DNA of 64,000 nucleotides, taken from positions 18,228,001 to 18,292,000 of the forward strand of contig OX597819.1 in assembly GCA_951406725.2 (NCBI GenBank). Reading direction: 5' to 3'. Both the position numbers and the translations under genes were made by a program. The stretch comes from Octopus vulgaris. Its lineage: Eukaryota. Position 1 is the stretch's first letter, and each line of letters begins with the position of its first letter. A model generated the notes under the pieces. It was given only the letters and a program-made list of their open reading frames with translations. It was not told the DNA's origin and ran no database searches. Of this stretch, positions 12,372-24,091 are shown in pieces.

Positions 12372-13410
12372 TTCTTTTCATCATTTACATTAATGACATT
12401 AATGACATCATCAAGCACAGCAACATAAAAATCTTTGCAGATGACTCCAAGCTACAGAAGGTCATAAGTGAGGCGAGTGACCGGACATGCCTTCAGTCAG
12501 ATCTACTGGCTGTTATCCAATGGGAAGAAAAAAACAATATGCTGCTGAACGAGGATAAATTTGAGCTAATCCACTTTGAAAAGAGGATGCCCTGAAACTC
12601 CCATACTCCCTTCCTTCAGGTGAAACTCTCGCGGCGTCCAACAACATCAGAGATTTGGGAGTAATTGTGGACAACAACGTAAGCTGGGCCACTCATATAA
12701 ACACCAAAGTTGACATGGCCCGCAGAATGTGTTCCTGGATTCTCAGAACTTTCCAGTCGAGAGATATCCACACCATTATCCTTCTCTTCTCCACTTTTGC
12801 CCGACCCCACCTTGAATACTGTTGTCCACTGTGGTCTCCCCACACAATACAAGGTATCATAAAAGTTGAAGCACCTCAAAGGGCAATCACAAAAAAGATA
12901 GATGGCATGACAGGCCTCGACTATTGGGGTCGACTAGAAAAGCTAAAACTCTATTCTCTCCAACGTCGTCGTGAGCGCTACATCATCTGCATGATGTGGA
13001 AAATATTCCATCAGCATTGCCCAAATGATGTTGGCATCACCTTTAGGGTACATCCAAGGCTTGGGCCCCGTGCCATCCGCCCAAAACAAAAATCGCACTC
13101 TCATCTCATAACAACAATACGGCACAATTATTTCACCTCAATTGGCCCCGCTCTCTTTAACATTACACCAAAACACATTAAAACAGAAACTGACCCTATA
13201 GGGTTCAAGAAGTCTTTGGACAGATTCCTTCAAGAAATCCCGGATAAACCCCCTACACCCGGATATGTCTCTGTAAACAATAACTCTCTACTTGAGTGGG
13301 CCATAGTGCCCAAATTCTGACTTGAAAGACTTCACCAGGTGGTGCTATTAAGTTAGACATGGCCTGGGCCAATAATGGCCGAAACCTATCAAAGTATCAA
13401 AGTAAGTAAG
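12372..13410 (+). mobile_element. 5'-truncated CR1-group LINE (RT C-terminus and 3' end)
   Basis: FIIYIND..IFADDSKL..LQSDL..W...NNM, then ORF 12655-13320 (DLGV, RPHLEYCCPLWSP, YWGRL..LKLYSLQRRRERY); 3' (aagt)n tail; possible TSD tatcc at 12367 and 13411. Confidence 0.92.
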
Positions 13411-14000
13411 TATCCATTTTTTTTTTCAAATTTATATATTTCTTATTCTATTCTATATATACACTAAGTACGGGCCTTGTGTCTAGAGTAGAAAAGAAGT
13501 ATATATACATACTACGTACAAATATAATTTTTAGGCAAGTGGAATGATATACATTATTTGGGTTAATTAGCAGCTCTGGTGTATTATGGGCACCTCTTCC
13601 CCTCGGCGAGTCAGTGGGTGTAATTGCAAGGTTAGGAAATAAGGAGTGGAAGGAATAGCCAGTATTATGAAGTTAGAGTACACAAGGATTGGTAAATGAT
13701 TGAAGAGAAATTTTAAAATGAGGTGTGGTAAACTGTTATGTCATGATAATATTCTGGGTGGGGCTGGAAAAACAGGTTTATTAAGACGGTGGAGTTATAG
13801 GTCAGACTCATAAGCGAGATTATTACAGAGACGCAGAAAGTAACTGACATCCGCACAGTGCGCCATCTACATATCTATTATCTTGCTATCTTTTCGCTAA
13901 AAATATACAAGTGTGAGAATGTGTGCATGTACACTTATATGTGGGTGTGTCTCTGTGTATGAGGGTGTGAGTATGTGTGCGCATGTAATAACCGTATATA

Positions 14001-14162
14001 CATTATTCCCTCGACTATCGCGGGGGTTGTGTTCCAAAATCTCGCAGAAATGTAAAATAAAATATAAATAGCTATTGGCCACAGAAACCCGCGATATACT
14101 GAGGGTGCGATACGTGAACCCCGCCAAGGGATTAAAAATACGTGAACCCCGGCAAGGGGTTA
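14001..14162. mobile_element. pogo/Tigger-like MITE remnant
   Basis: TA followed by cattattccctcgactatcgcgggg, with reverse-complement subterminal motif cccgcgatatactgaggg. Confidence 0.55.
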
Positions 14163-14165
14163 AAA

Positions 14166-14190
14166 TCTATCTATCTATCTATCTATCTAC

Positions 14191-14234
<44 letters not shown>

Positions 14235-14265
14235 TTCTCTCTCTCTCTCTCTATCTATCTGTCTG

Positions 14266-14310
<45 letters not shown>

Positions 14311-14330
14311 ATATATATATATATATATAC

Positions 14331-14362
<32 letters not shown>
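14166..14362. repeat. (TATC)n/(TA)n/(CA)n compound microsatellite
   Basis: Direct inspection. Confidence 0.95.
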
Positions 14363-15456
14363 GTAAATATAGATACGTATATGTTTATATATGTACCTTT
14401 ATACGCAGATGCGTGCTCATACACATGAATATTTACACCCATAGACAGGTAGATATATAAAGAATATGTTTACTCTGTTACGTTGCTGATAATCAAGTTT
14501 AAGTTTTTATAATATTCAACTTCATTTCTGAAAATCAGTTTTAATCTGTATGGCACATACAACATGCACCCTACGTTTAATGACGAATATTTTAAAGCAA
14601 AAATATACACGTTAATTGCCAAAGCAATAGCCGTATGATCGACTGGTACATATAAGAATTCTATGGTACGGAGTGAAGGAGGAGATTTGCTAAATCTTCT
14701 TTGAGAAGCGACCAACAAATTGAGAAAGGGGCCCGTCAGGAGAGACCCGCATTCATTTTATCCTAATATCGGAGCGATGACATTATTTTTTAGTTGACAA
14801 GTATCTCTCTTTTTTTAATAATTTTATTCCTAAATCAAGGCTTATATTTCTGTCTAATCAATTCCATATTTCCATAGGTGCTTTTAGGCCGAAAACACTC
14901 ATCTGAGACTTCGATTACAAAATATCAAGTTATCTGCACAATATAAGGAACTGAATCAGTTCATTCAACGAAGCATTTGAAGTTACATGAGGACTTTGTT
15001 GTCGCTTATTTACTTCTTTTGTTAATAATGAATAAATATGTGTACAATTTCGTTGGATAGATGCACCAAATGAACAAAAATAAAGCAGAAATGTTACTAG
15101 CTAAAGGAGGCAGTGCTTAAATTGGATCTGTATAAAGTTTCGCAGACCAAACATCACAGAGAAGTTCGTCTCGTTAAGTCTGGGTTTCTATTTACAAACT
15201 CGCGTTTGGTTTCCTCACCGATGTATATATGCAGTTCATTTCACGCAATAGGGAAATTCTCAAATACACAAACTAACTAAACAGTATCAAAATTATATTA
15301 AAAAAATACATGCGTATTGTTAAACACCAGCTCGATTCCTTTAAAGACGTTAAGCGTGAAAATAGCAAAGCATAATTCAAAGCTAGGCGAAAGAAAAATC
15401 CTTGTGTTCTGAGTTCAACACACGCTATGGCCTAATTCGGTGACAGAATTGCTCTT

Positions 15457-15514
15457 TAAACCGAAGTGATGGTGTTGTGGATTTCCACCTCGGCATCCGA
15501 AACTCAGAGTTTTA
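15457..15514 (+). ncRNA. Decayed hammerhead-like motif (CCGAAG core) in a repeat ending at (TA)n
   Basis: aaa-CCGAAGT-gatg...catc-c-GAAA-ctcagag-TT-tt; the downstream segment 15535-15618 recurs at 47715-47800. Confidence 0.5.
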
Positions 15515-15613
15515 TCTTGGCTGTTGAATAATTGTCACATATTATTTTACAGATAAATTTCCTCTATTTACATAATATTGATATCTCTTTCTTTTGTTAT
15601 CTTACCGTTTTTA

Positions 15614-15653
<40 letters not shown>

Positions 15654-15735
15654 GGTCCCGGGTTGAGTCGGGGTTAACCACAGTAAATAAGGTACTCAAT
15701 ACATAGCAGAGTAAATTAATTTATTTTATGGAAGG

Positions 15736-15786
15736 AGCTTCTACAGGACTAGAACTGTTTCATTCAAAAGAAATCATCAGGAAGCT
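15736..15786 (-). ncRNA. Type I hammerhead ribozyme (left arm of palindrome)
   Basis: agcttc-CTGATGA-t ttc tttt gaa t-GAAA-cag ttctagtc ctg-TA-gaagct; stem II is weak. Confidence 0.7.
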
Positions 15787-15833
15787 TCCTGATGATTTCT
15801 TTTGAATGAAACAGTTCTAGTCCCGTAGAAGCT
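15783..15833 (+). ncRNA. Type I hammerhead ribozyme (right arm of palindrome)
   Basis: Same motif with one stem III mismatch (cag/ccg). Confidence 0.65.
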
Positions 15834-16439
15834 CCTTCTATAAAATAAATATATATATATATACATATATAAAATAAATATATATATATATACATATATG
15901 TTGCTAAATGCCACAAAGCTGCAGTATCTCGTATAAAGGATATCCCTTTAAAGAACTGTAGAGTTAAAAAGAAAATAAAAATCGCATCATGTTTCAAAGC
16001 TAAGTGATGCGAAATCGGCCCGAAACTCAACGAAGTGAGTATGTGACACTGATGAGCGGAACGGAACCACGAAATATTGGTATCTGTCGCTCTCATTGAC
16101 TTCGGGTGATGTGAAAGGAATATTTTATGCTTACGAGTAACGGCCGTGCTTATGAGCCGCTAGAGGGCCACCGAGACAGAGTGGGAAAAGTTGGAAAGTA
16201 AGACCAAGCCAGAAACCAGCCTGAATGGATGCAATAGATTGGATTCCCTCAAAAGCATCCAAGAAACCAGTTTGCTGTGTTAAAAATAGCAATGGATTAA
16301 TTCTCTCATCGAATTAGGCCATAGCTTGAGTTGAACTCAGAACACAAGGAGCACAACAGACAGATAGACACACGTGTGTGCCCCCGCATTGTTCTCGATT
16401 CCAACGTTTCTTCCAATCCATTGCCTTGGATTCGAAACT

Positions 16440-16565
16440 TTTGTCGTCGACCCTGAAAGGTTGAATGCAAATCTGACCTCAGTGAGATTTGAAACACGAT
16501 CGTAGTGATTACTAACAAATAAATCAAGCATGCATTCTAAGCGACCACTTGCCGACTCCTCCAGT
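16440..16565 (-). mobile_element. Highly degenerate Nin-domain-type SINE
   Basis: Reverse complement tttcaaatctcactgaggtcagatttgcattcaacctttcagggtcgac resembles the family core. Confidence 0.6.
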
Positions 16566-17167
16566 TCAACGCTAATGTTGCTACACCTCTTTGATATCCC
16601 TCTCCCTGCTACTCGTATCCTATAATCTAACCACACTAGTCACTCTTCTGTCAGATCTACCATCGCCACCCCACTCTCACCACTGCTCCCACCACTACCA
16701 CTACCACTGTAACCCTCTTTCCCTCGAAAATTCGATCAAGCTAATTTGTTCAGGAAATATTATCAAACTCTTAAATAATTTATTTTTCTTCACCGAGAAA
16801 ATCTCAGCAGATGCTAAATTTATTAAATTATTGAAACACAGAATGGTGACTGGGTGTGCTTGTTGCCGAAGTGATGGTGGTGGTGGTAATGGTGCCGTTG
16901 ATGGTTGTTGTGGTAGTGGTGGTGAGTTATAGCAGATGGTTGGTGAGGTTTCCGAAAGTAGAGAAAGAGGAAGTAGTGATAAATTTGGTCGGAAACTGAA
17001 GGAATTCACAAGATCTCTCGAGAATGTGAATGTGTATGCATATGTGTACATCTGGTTATTTCGTATGTCCGCGTGCGCTTGTGTTAATGCATATGTCTGA
17101 GTAGTTGTATGTGTGTGTAAATGTGTATACGTTTATGTACCTGTGAGTGAGTATGAATGTGCATGTT

Positions 17168-17230
<63 letters not shown>

Positions 17231-17488
17231 AAGTGTGTGCAAGCGTGTATCAACAAAAGGACTGATTAATCGGACGCAATGACCGCAGAAATTTTGTTGC
17301 TTCTCTTTGCAATTTCTATCATTTGTTACGTCATCATTCAACAACTGCTGTTGTGGAATAGCATCTCTTCCTCTCTCTCATTCTCCAGCACTCACAAACA
17401 TACACACATAGCCACACGCACAAATGAATACACCCATGCAAACACGAGTGTGTGTGCGAGTATATACAGTATATATATATACTGTGTG

Positions 17489-17524
<36 letters not shown>

Positions 17525-17914
17525 CACACTCACACAGTATCCCACCTCTACTCCGACCCTCAGCCTAACTCACACCCGCCCTAGCTTTCCCCATTCTCGC
17601 CTTCCCGACATCCCAACAGCACGACACCCCACAAAACACCAACAAACCATGCACCACCATACCACACAACATCACACATCACATACCACATCACATCACA
17701 CCCCCACGCACACACTAGCAGTGACCACGTCCCAGCCCCATACCATTATCCACACACCTAGACATGCACACACGCACACGTCAAAGTCACCACCCCGCTT
17801 CCACACGCACACACATTCTCTCTTATACACACACACACACGCATCCTTCGTTTTAGGATCACCACTACTTTATTATGACCCCTTCTTCCTAGCTCTCCTG
17901 TGTGATCCTTCTGT

Positions 17915-18120
17915 CCGGTATTCGCCATGACAGATCGCTAGCCACTACACATTCTTTATTTCTCTCCTTGTTTCTTTGTGTGTTCATTTCTGTGGCAGAC
18001 CATCTGCTCGAAACGTTAAACACTTTTTCACTTCCCAAGTGTTAAACTAATACATCTGTTTGTAGTCTACATCACCTCTCTTCGTCTTTTGTTTTTTTCT
18101 TGGGAATTCTCCGCTTATAT
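17915..18120 (+). mobile_element. Penelope-associated short repeat (family P1) with decayed hammerhead
   Basis: tcgccatgacagatc...ctgtggcagaccatctgctcgaaacgttaaa...aaactaatacatc; related to 22985, 30050, 38365, 39072 and 52300; followed by (TA)n. Confidence 0.65.
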
Positions 18121-18128
18121 CTATGCAG

Positions 18129-18244
<116 letters not shown>

Positions 18245-18269
18245 TAGATAGATAGATAGTTAAATCGAA

Positions 18270-18392
18270 TAATCGGTCATTGACAATAACAATAACACAA
18301 CAAAAGGACCTGCACATGGGATATCTTAGTTTGAAGCTTGAAAAAAAGGAAAGGGTTTTGACGTTTCGAGGATATGTCTTCTTCAGCATATT
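18270..18392 (-). mobile_element. Short repeat with truncated hammerhead core
   Basis: Reverse complement CTGAAGA-agacatatcctc-GAAA-cg-TC; stem I missing; runs into (TAGA)/(TA)n. Confidence 0.45.
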
Positions 18393-18854
18393 TAATGCCG
18401 GTTCGCTTCAGCACCAAATGACAACGAGGTTCATGTATCCATTGGACATGTTCCTCTAATTAGATCATCGGGATGATCACGGAGTCATGTGACGCTGACT
18501 AAAAGTTTTATCAAAAATATATGTAACACGTACCAACTAGGTTCAGTGAATCTGAAATGTCAAAGGATGTGCAAGGAACTGCTATGGATCCGACACTAAC
18601 GCAATTGGAGGACCATCTGATCCTCATGCGATATAAAATTCCGTCGGACGGCACAGCATCTTAAGCAACCTTTCTTTGTTGGTTATTATCGTAACTGGAT
18701 TAATTCGATCGGCTGCAAAAATCAAGTCGTATGTATGCAGTGATTAGAGCAACTGAAACATCAAAAGTGGAAGTATATTCTTCCTGTTTATACTCAGAGA
18801 TAATCTCAGAAATACTTACGCATTGACGTATATGAGGAAGATTTTGCGGTTACA

Positions 18855-19045
18855 AACGTTGGCACAAGTCGAGCGGTTACGGGGGATGGCTAAATTGATT
18901 ACGTGGACCCTAGTACTCAGATGGTACTAATTTTATATACCCCGACAAGATGAAAGGAAAGTTGACCGCGACGGTATTTGAAATCAGAGCGTAAAGCCGG
19001 AAGAAATGCCGCTACCTATTTTGTCCGGCTTTGTAATGAATTCTG
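18855..19045 (-). mobile_element. Nin-domain-type SINE
   Basis: gatgaaaggaaagttgaccgcgacggtatttgaaatcagagcgtaa matches the 44137 copy. Confidence 0.75.
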
Positions 19046-20074
19046 CCAGCTTCCTGCCTTACATGTACAAAACAAATATTAATCAGCTTAAGTTTCACGT
19101 TTGGAAATAAAAACACTTATCACCTAAATGCACAAATTGGCTTCACCGCATTTCATTATTAATTAATGTTAAATATAAAAAAAAAATCTTAAGATTTCTC
19201 CGTGTAATATTTGGGCATCAAAACGCGCAACATGAAAAATATACAATTGCTTCACCATTTAAACTTAATTAATGATAGATGAAAGTGTCATGCTGCAACA
19301 GATTACGGAGATATTGGTGATTATTAATTTTAATGCTACAAGTTCTCATCGAACATAAGATCCATACAGCGACATACAGAAGACATACAAGGGGATTGGT
19401 TTCCAGTCATGCTGTAGCAGGAATGAATGCATTTACAAAGTCCACGTATTTGTATTAGTGATACGAAAATACATATAAAACTTGTTTACTTATCTATCTA
19501 TATACCTATACGAAAGGTAAGTATATATGTAAATTTATGTGTGTGCAGGTATATAATAATAAATATACATATACAAACATACATAGAAATTCATATATAT
19601 ATCTATATATTATACATGTCAGTGTATATATATATTTTATATGACGCTGTGTTAACGTGTGGATATATAGGATAAGCTCTTTTTATGAAAGATGATGTGT
19701 ATATGTTTGTTTTATCTCACAAAATCTTATCTACTAGGTGCATATATATATATATATATTTATTTATATGTGTGTGTGTATGTATATGTATGTGTGGGTG
19801 TGGGTGGGTGTTAAAATTGGATCGTGTTAAGTTATCGAGAAACAGTAACGTCACAAGATAGGAAGGAACTGGAGGTTAGGTTATTAATAAAATATTTATC
19901 TCGTTTAAATCTTCGACTTCCTTTGATGCTAAAATTATTTTGTAGGATCAGGTGATGTATAAATCATACACACAGATACAGAACTCCTATACTTGCATGC
20001 ATACAGATAAATATACGGTGATATATGCTTATATAAATCCATGTTCAGGTAAGTATCTCTACGTATACAAATAC

Positions 20075-20437
20075 ATTACGCTCACCAACTTCAAGGTTCA
20101 GGTCTCCATTGCTAAATGGTTTAAACCATTTTCGAGATGACCACTCACTGGTCATTTCTTCAACAAACGTTTTGTTAATAACGCGAGAAGTTCCAGCTGC
20201 CTTGCGTTGTGTTTTGTAGTTGAATAGCAAAATTGCTCGAATATCGCGCATTGGCAGTTCCATTTCAGATGACTGTAAAAACAGTGAAAACAATATGAAT
20301 GTTTATTTATTGATGCATTTGGGAACGTCTTATTATCATAAAATTGCAAAAAAAAAAAACTTTTAAACATTCAAACCTGCAAAAATGCGGTACAAATTCT
20401 TCATGGTCCAAAACGTTGCTAACTTTTTACCCAACCT
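20075..20437 (-). mobile_element. mariner transposon 5' remnant (TIR and N-terminal HTH)
   Basis: IRAILLFNYKTQRKAAGTSRVINKTF...RKWFKPFSNGDLNLE; TIR-like caggttgggtaaaaagtt. Confidence 0.85.
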
Positions 20438-20461
20438 GCTGTAGATACGCGTATTTGAGTT

Positions 20462-20519
<58 letters not shown>

Positions 20520-20586
20520 CAAATACACTTACATCCACGCACACATACACACACTCACCACCGACACGTACGTCCGCAGACACATA

Positions 20587-20651
<65 letters not shown>

Positions 20652-20938
20652 TGTTGTGTCTGGGAAGAGTCATTTCTTTTTGTGCCTTACAATGTAATAC
20701 ACTCACCGGTAAATTTTCCACTTATTTCCTATTTTTATTTTCATAAAATTTTCGTTGCGTCTCGCAACCTTTTCAATTGTCTTGACTCTGTCCGTTATTT
20801 ACACTGCGTTCCTTTTAGCTTGTTTGTGCGCATGTGTGTGGGTCAGTGTGTGTGTATGTGTGTGTACCTATGCATGCATGCGTGTACGTATGTATGTGTG
20901 TACATATGTATGTGTGTATGTATGTATGCATATGTATG

Positions 20939-20970
<32 letters not shown>

Positions 20971-21160
20971 CATCTGTATGTATGAATCCTGTACATTCAT
21001 GTTCTTGCATTCCGTGTTTGTGTATTTTCTATGTATGTGTGTAGGTGAGAAAAGATTGAATGTAGATTTATTTGTGCTTTATATATCATGCACGTATGTA
21101 TGTATGTATGAACGTATTCATATAGTATATTGGTGCAAACACAAATTATGAATATTTTTT

Positions 21161-21295
21161 ATTAATGCTTAGCATAAGTACTACAGTGACTCAAGGTAGG
21201 AATGTTCCGTGAGTTGGCACTCAACGCTCAATAAAGTGCCAACGTTTGAAATTCCCGGACCTTGAGTCACTCCTTTACTTCTGCTGAATATTAAT
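21161..21295. repeat. Imperfect fold-back (about 135 bp)
   Basis: gtgactcaaggt/accttgagtcac, gttggcact/agtgccaac and the outer arms pair. Confidence 0.85.
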
Positions 21296-21297
21296 TA

Positions 21298-21331
<34 letters not shown>

Positions 21332-21428
21332 GTTAATCCAAACAAGAAAACACAGAAAAAAACACACCAACGCGAGGACGTGGAACAATTAAAGTATTAT
21401 TTGACGGTCAGGAAAGAAGGGAAGGAGG

Positions 21429-21463
21429 GTTTAACGTTTCGAGTGGAGCTCTTCGTCGGAAAC
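21429..21463 (-). ncRNA. Minimal type I hammerhead with CCGACGA core, in a repeat (21328-21508) between (TA)n tracts
   Basis: gttt-CCGACGA-a-gag ctcca ctc-GAAA-cg-TT-aaac. Confidence 0.65.
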
Positions 21464-21527
21464 AAGGAGAAGGAAAGAACCCGAGAAGGGAAGACAGAGG
21501 AAAAAAGATATATATATATATATATGC

Positions 21528-21566
<39 letters not shown>

Positions 21567-22034
21567 TAAAATATATATATATATATGCTAAATATATATA
21601 TATATATATATATGCTAAAAAATATATATATACATGCTAAAGTTGTTAGCTATATTCATACAAACCAAGACTGAATTAGCTTTCGAATTTAATATATTTA
21701 ACAAAGTTAAAATATTTAGCAACATCTACTGAAACACATAATCATTCTGCCACTTGGTGTGTTGGATTTAAGCAACTAATAACTTAAACTCTGTGTACAC
21801 TCGTGACTTTTTCTTGTATGACTCTAACGTACGAATGTAGATGAGAAGAAGATGTTATGCCCTCGTTCAAATTTACAAATGACAAGTATTCACCCACTTG
21901 ACAACACATAAACAACTCCTGCCCATTCTAACACTTAACAGATTAAACATAATGATCCTGAAGTATTTTGGACTGTCACTAGACACGTTCACTCAAACAT
22001 GTCAGCCTTAATTTTCGGCAGTGCAAACAATATT

Positions 22035-22205
22035 GGTTCCAAGTTTTGGCGCAAAGGCAGTAAGTTCGGGGATGGGCTACCATTTACTTAATCGACTCCA
22101 AAATGACGAAAAGCAAAGCAGACTTCGACGGAATTTGAACACAGAACGTAAAGCTGAATGAGATGCTGATAAGCATTTTCCTCGGCGTGGTAACGAAACT
22201 GCCAT
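22035..22205 (-). mobile_element. Degenerate Nin-domain-type SINE
   Basis: gacttcgacggaatttgaacacagaacgtaa. Confidence 0.65.
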
Positions 22206-22905
22206 CTCATTGGTGGTTTTGCCATGAAAACACTTACACCCACTTCGTGTAGGTCCTTCAGGCTCTTTGAGCGAATTTAAAAAGCTGTGGCCCCTTGAAA
22301 CCGAGGCTATTGCAGTAATTGGTCCTAAAACACGTTGGCAGTTTTGGGAGATTTGGCAGTGTGTCGTGGCGACCCGTTCTCGCATTTGTGTAGCTTTAAA
22401 TGCAAAAATTTGGTGCATTCTCTTCCATGCTCTTCCAGATGTATATTACTGCATACCTCGCTCGCCTTCGCTCCAAGAGGTAGAGTATTAGCTGTTTCAG
22501 CCTTTCCCAGTAGCTGAGCTGTTGCAACGAGACGTTCCTCTTTGTGTAGCTTCACTGAATTCCTTAAAGGTCCGCTGTTAATTTTACACTGAGGGGGTGA
22601 CCATAGTTGGGGGCAGTAGTCCAGGTGTCTAAGGATGAATGTCCTTCAGATGACCATCGTGTATCCTTCTCTCTGGTTCTCAAGGTTCTCAGAATCTAGC
22701 CAGTCGTCTACACTTGTAATCTCCGTTTGGCCAGTGTACCCTGTACGTTTCTTGTCCAATTTTGGGTGCTAGTAGCGTAGGGCCTGGAATTTTCAAGCAT
22801 TAAACTGCATATTATTGTCCTCAGCCCTTCTGTAAATTGCGTTCGGCCCCTGCTGCATGGTGGCTGCAACATCTCTAGGGTTTTTTATTATCTGCGAGAC
22901 GTTCG
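22205..22905 (-). mobile_element. Decayed CR1-group LINE fragment
   Basis: MQQGPNAIYRRAEDNNMQFNA*KFQALRY and LSYWERLKQLILYLLERRRARYAVIYIWK parallel the 12372 element. Confidence 0.85.
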
Positions 22906-22906
22906 T

Positions 22907-22984
<78 letters not shown>

Positions 22985-22985
<1 letters not shown>

Positions 22986-23145
22986 CGCCATGATAGATCC
23001 ACTACACACATTTTTTCTCTCCTTGTTTCGTTCTGTATTCCTTTCTGTGGAAGAGCGTAGGTTTTTTTCAATTCCAGAGCGTTATACTAATACATCTCTT
23101 TGTTTCCTACATTCCCCGTCTTCATCTTTTGTTTTTTTTTTCGTG
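22985..23145 (+). mobile_element. Family P1 repeat with partly deleted hammerhead
   Basis: ctttctgtggaagagcgtagg followed by a deletion; flanked by (TA)n. Confidence 0.65.
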
Positions 23146-23360
23146 AAAAAAGTATATATATATATAGTAAAATATATGTATATATAGTAAAAAGTATTTA
23201 TGATATATATATATATCATATATGCTTTTCTACTCTAGGCACAAGGCCCGAAGTTTCTCCGGAGGGGGCCAGTCGGAATACCGCTAAGCATTTGGCCTTG
23301 AATTCTAACCTTTCTCGCAACTCGCCGCCTAAATATTCTATATAGGTAGGTTGGTAAGAA

Positions 23361-23465
<105 letters not shown>

Positions 23466-24008
23466 GTGTATATATATATATATATATATACACACCACTT
23501 TACCTCCCTACGTATCTATCAATGTATGTGATGTCATGTACTCCCACTTTTATTCTTTACATTTTAAGATTACATAGTTATGTGGATATAACATCAGTAT
23601 GGCATGTTTTGAATAAAAGAAAGCCAGGGTTTCGACAGCTTTGCCCTCGACTTAATTAACATACGGGCAATATGTGATGTTCTTAAAACGTTGATTTTCA
23701 AGCGATCAAATTAGAATCTCTGCTGGTATTATAACTGTTTTTATATTAATTAACTAAAAGCTAAGCATCCGTCTATTTCCTTTAAGTGCAAACGAACAAT
23801 CTGTTACGTCTAAAAATATTTCCTCCAACCAACCAAATTAATTAGGCTAAACGAATAAAAATCAATAACTCGAAATCCCGCAAGAAATTAAATTCTATCG
23901 TACGCGCGCGCGCCTCTGCGCGTGTATGCATTTATATGCGTATATATATATATATATATACCTATACACGCACACAATCACATATATTTGTTTGTTCGTG
24001 TATATATG

Positions 24009-24091
<83 letters not shown>

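Noticed and set aside
16337-16636. 99-aa minus-strand ORF ending in a hydrophobic, GPI-signal-like tail
   Set aside because: The middle is a degenerate Nin-type SINE, the end overlaps the repeat shared with 15400, and there is no good acceptor
18539-18664. Short open frame FSESEMSKDVQG...
   Set aside because: Weak acceptor, no recognisable homology, and length compatible with chance
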